Origin: Mytilus trossulus
Taxonomy: Eukaryota
Direction of reading: 5' to 3'
DNA length: 64,000 nt
Assembly: GCF_036588685.1 (NCBI RefSeq)
Contig: NC_086378.1
Location: 54,560,001 to 54,624,000 of the forward strand
The position numbers and the translations under genes were made by a program. Positions 63,745 through 64,000 of the stretch are shown one piece after another. The notes beneath the pieces were generated by a model, which was not told the DNA's origin, did not search any database, and saw nothing but the letters and a program-made list of their open reading frames with translations. Each line of letters begins with the position of its first letter. The stretch's first letter is position 1.

Positions 63745-64000
63745 CTGAAATTGTCAAATTTAAGGGTATGCAACATTATGTTAATTAAGTGAATGGAATG
63801 CTAATGTCTGGACATTTTGTGCTAATATAGCCCTAGCCTTATCATATCTTTTCCTTATCAGCCCAAAAATCAAAAATCAATTAGTGGAGTATCACTAAGT
63901 ACATGTGCACATCAAAGAACATACAACAAAAAGTAAGCATAGATATAGCACATTTAAATATACATACCCAATAGCGCCAGAAGTCCAGAAAGAACCCAAA

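Overview
AT-rich, intron-containing animal genomic DNA; the repeat content and gene style suggest a bivalve, probably Mytilus-like (inference). (1) 8.4-50.8 kb holds a tandem, same-strand cluster of seven paralogous genes, each with one coding exon, for secreted, strongly basic, glycine-rich proteins. All are built from one module, beta-strand-like (N/D)I - exactly nine Gly positions - 3/4-aa turn - GGxGG - (D/N/S)-hydrophobic-x-T-x-hydrophobic-x-I/V, present 1,1,1,2,3,3,3 times in chromosomal order and followed by divergent cationic tails. I do not recognise this family; it is the best candidate for an undescribed system. (2) Three tandem arrays of a ~357-358 bp unit carry minimal type I hammerhead ribozymes (non-LTR retrozyme-like), and there are degenerate relics of related families. 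(3) 52.8-63.7 kb (minus strand) holds ten exons of an SLC7 light-chain amino acid transporter (SLC7A9/b(0,+)AT-like) whose 5' end lies outside the window. (4) The rest is nested HINE/Helentron-like elements, MITEs, palindromic elements, a LINE fragment and a 745-bp local duplication. All alignments were done by eye; no database searches were run.
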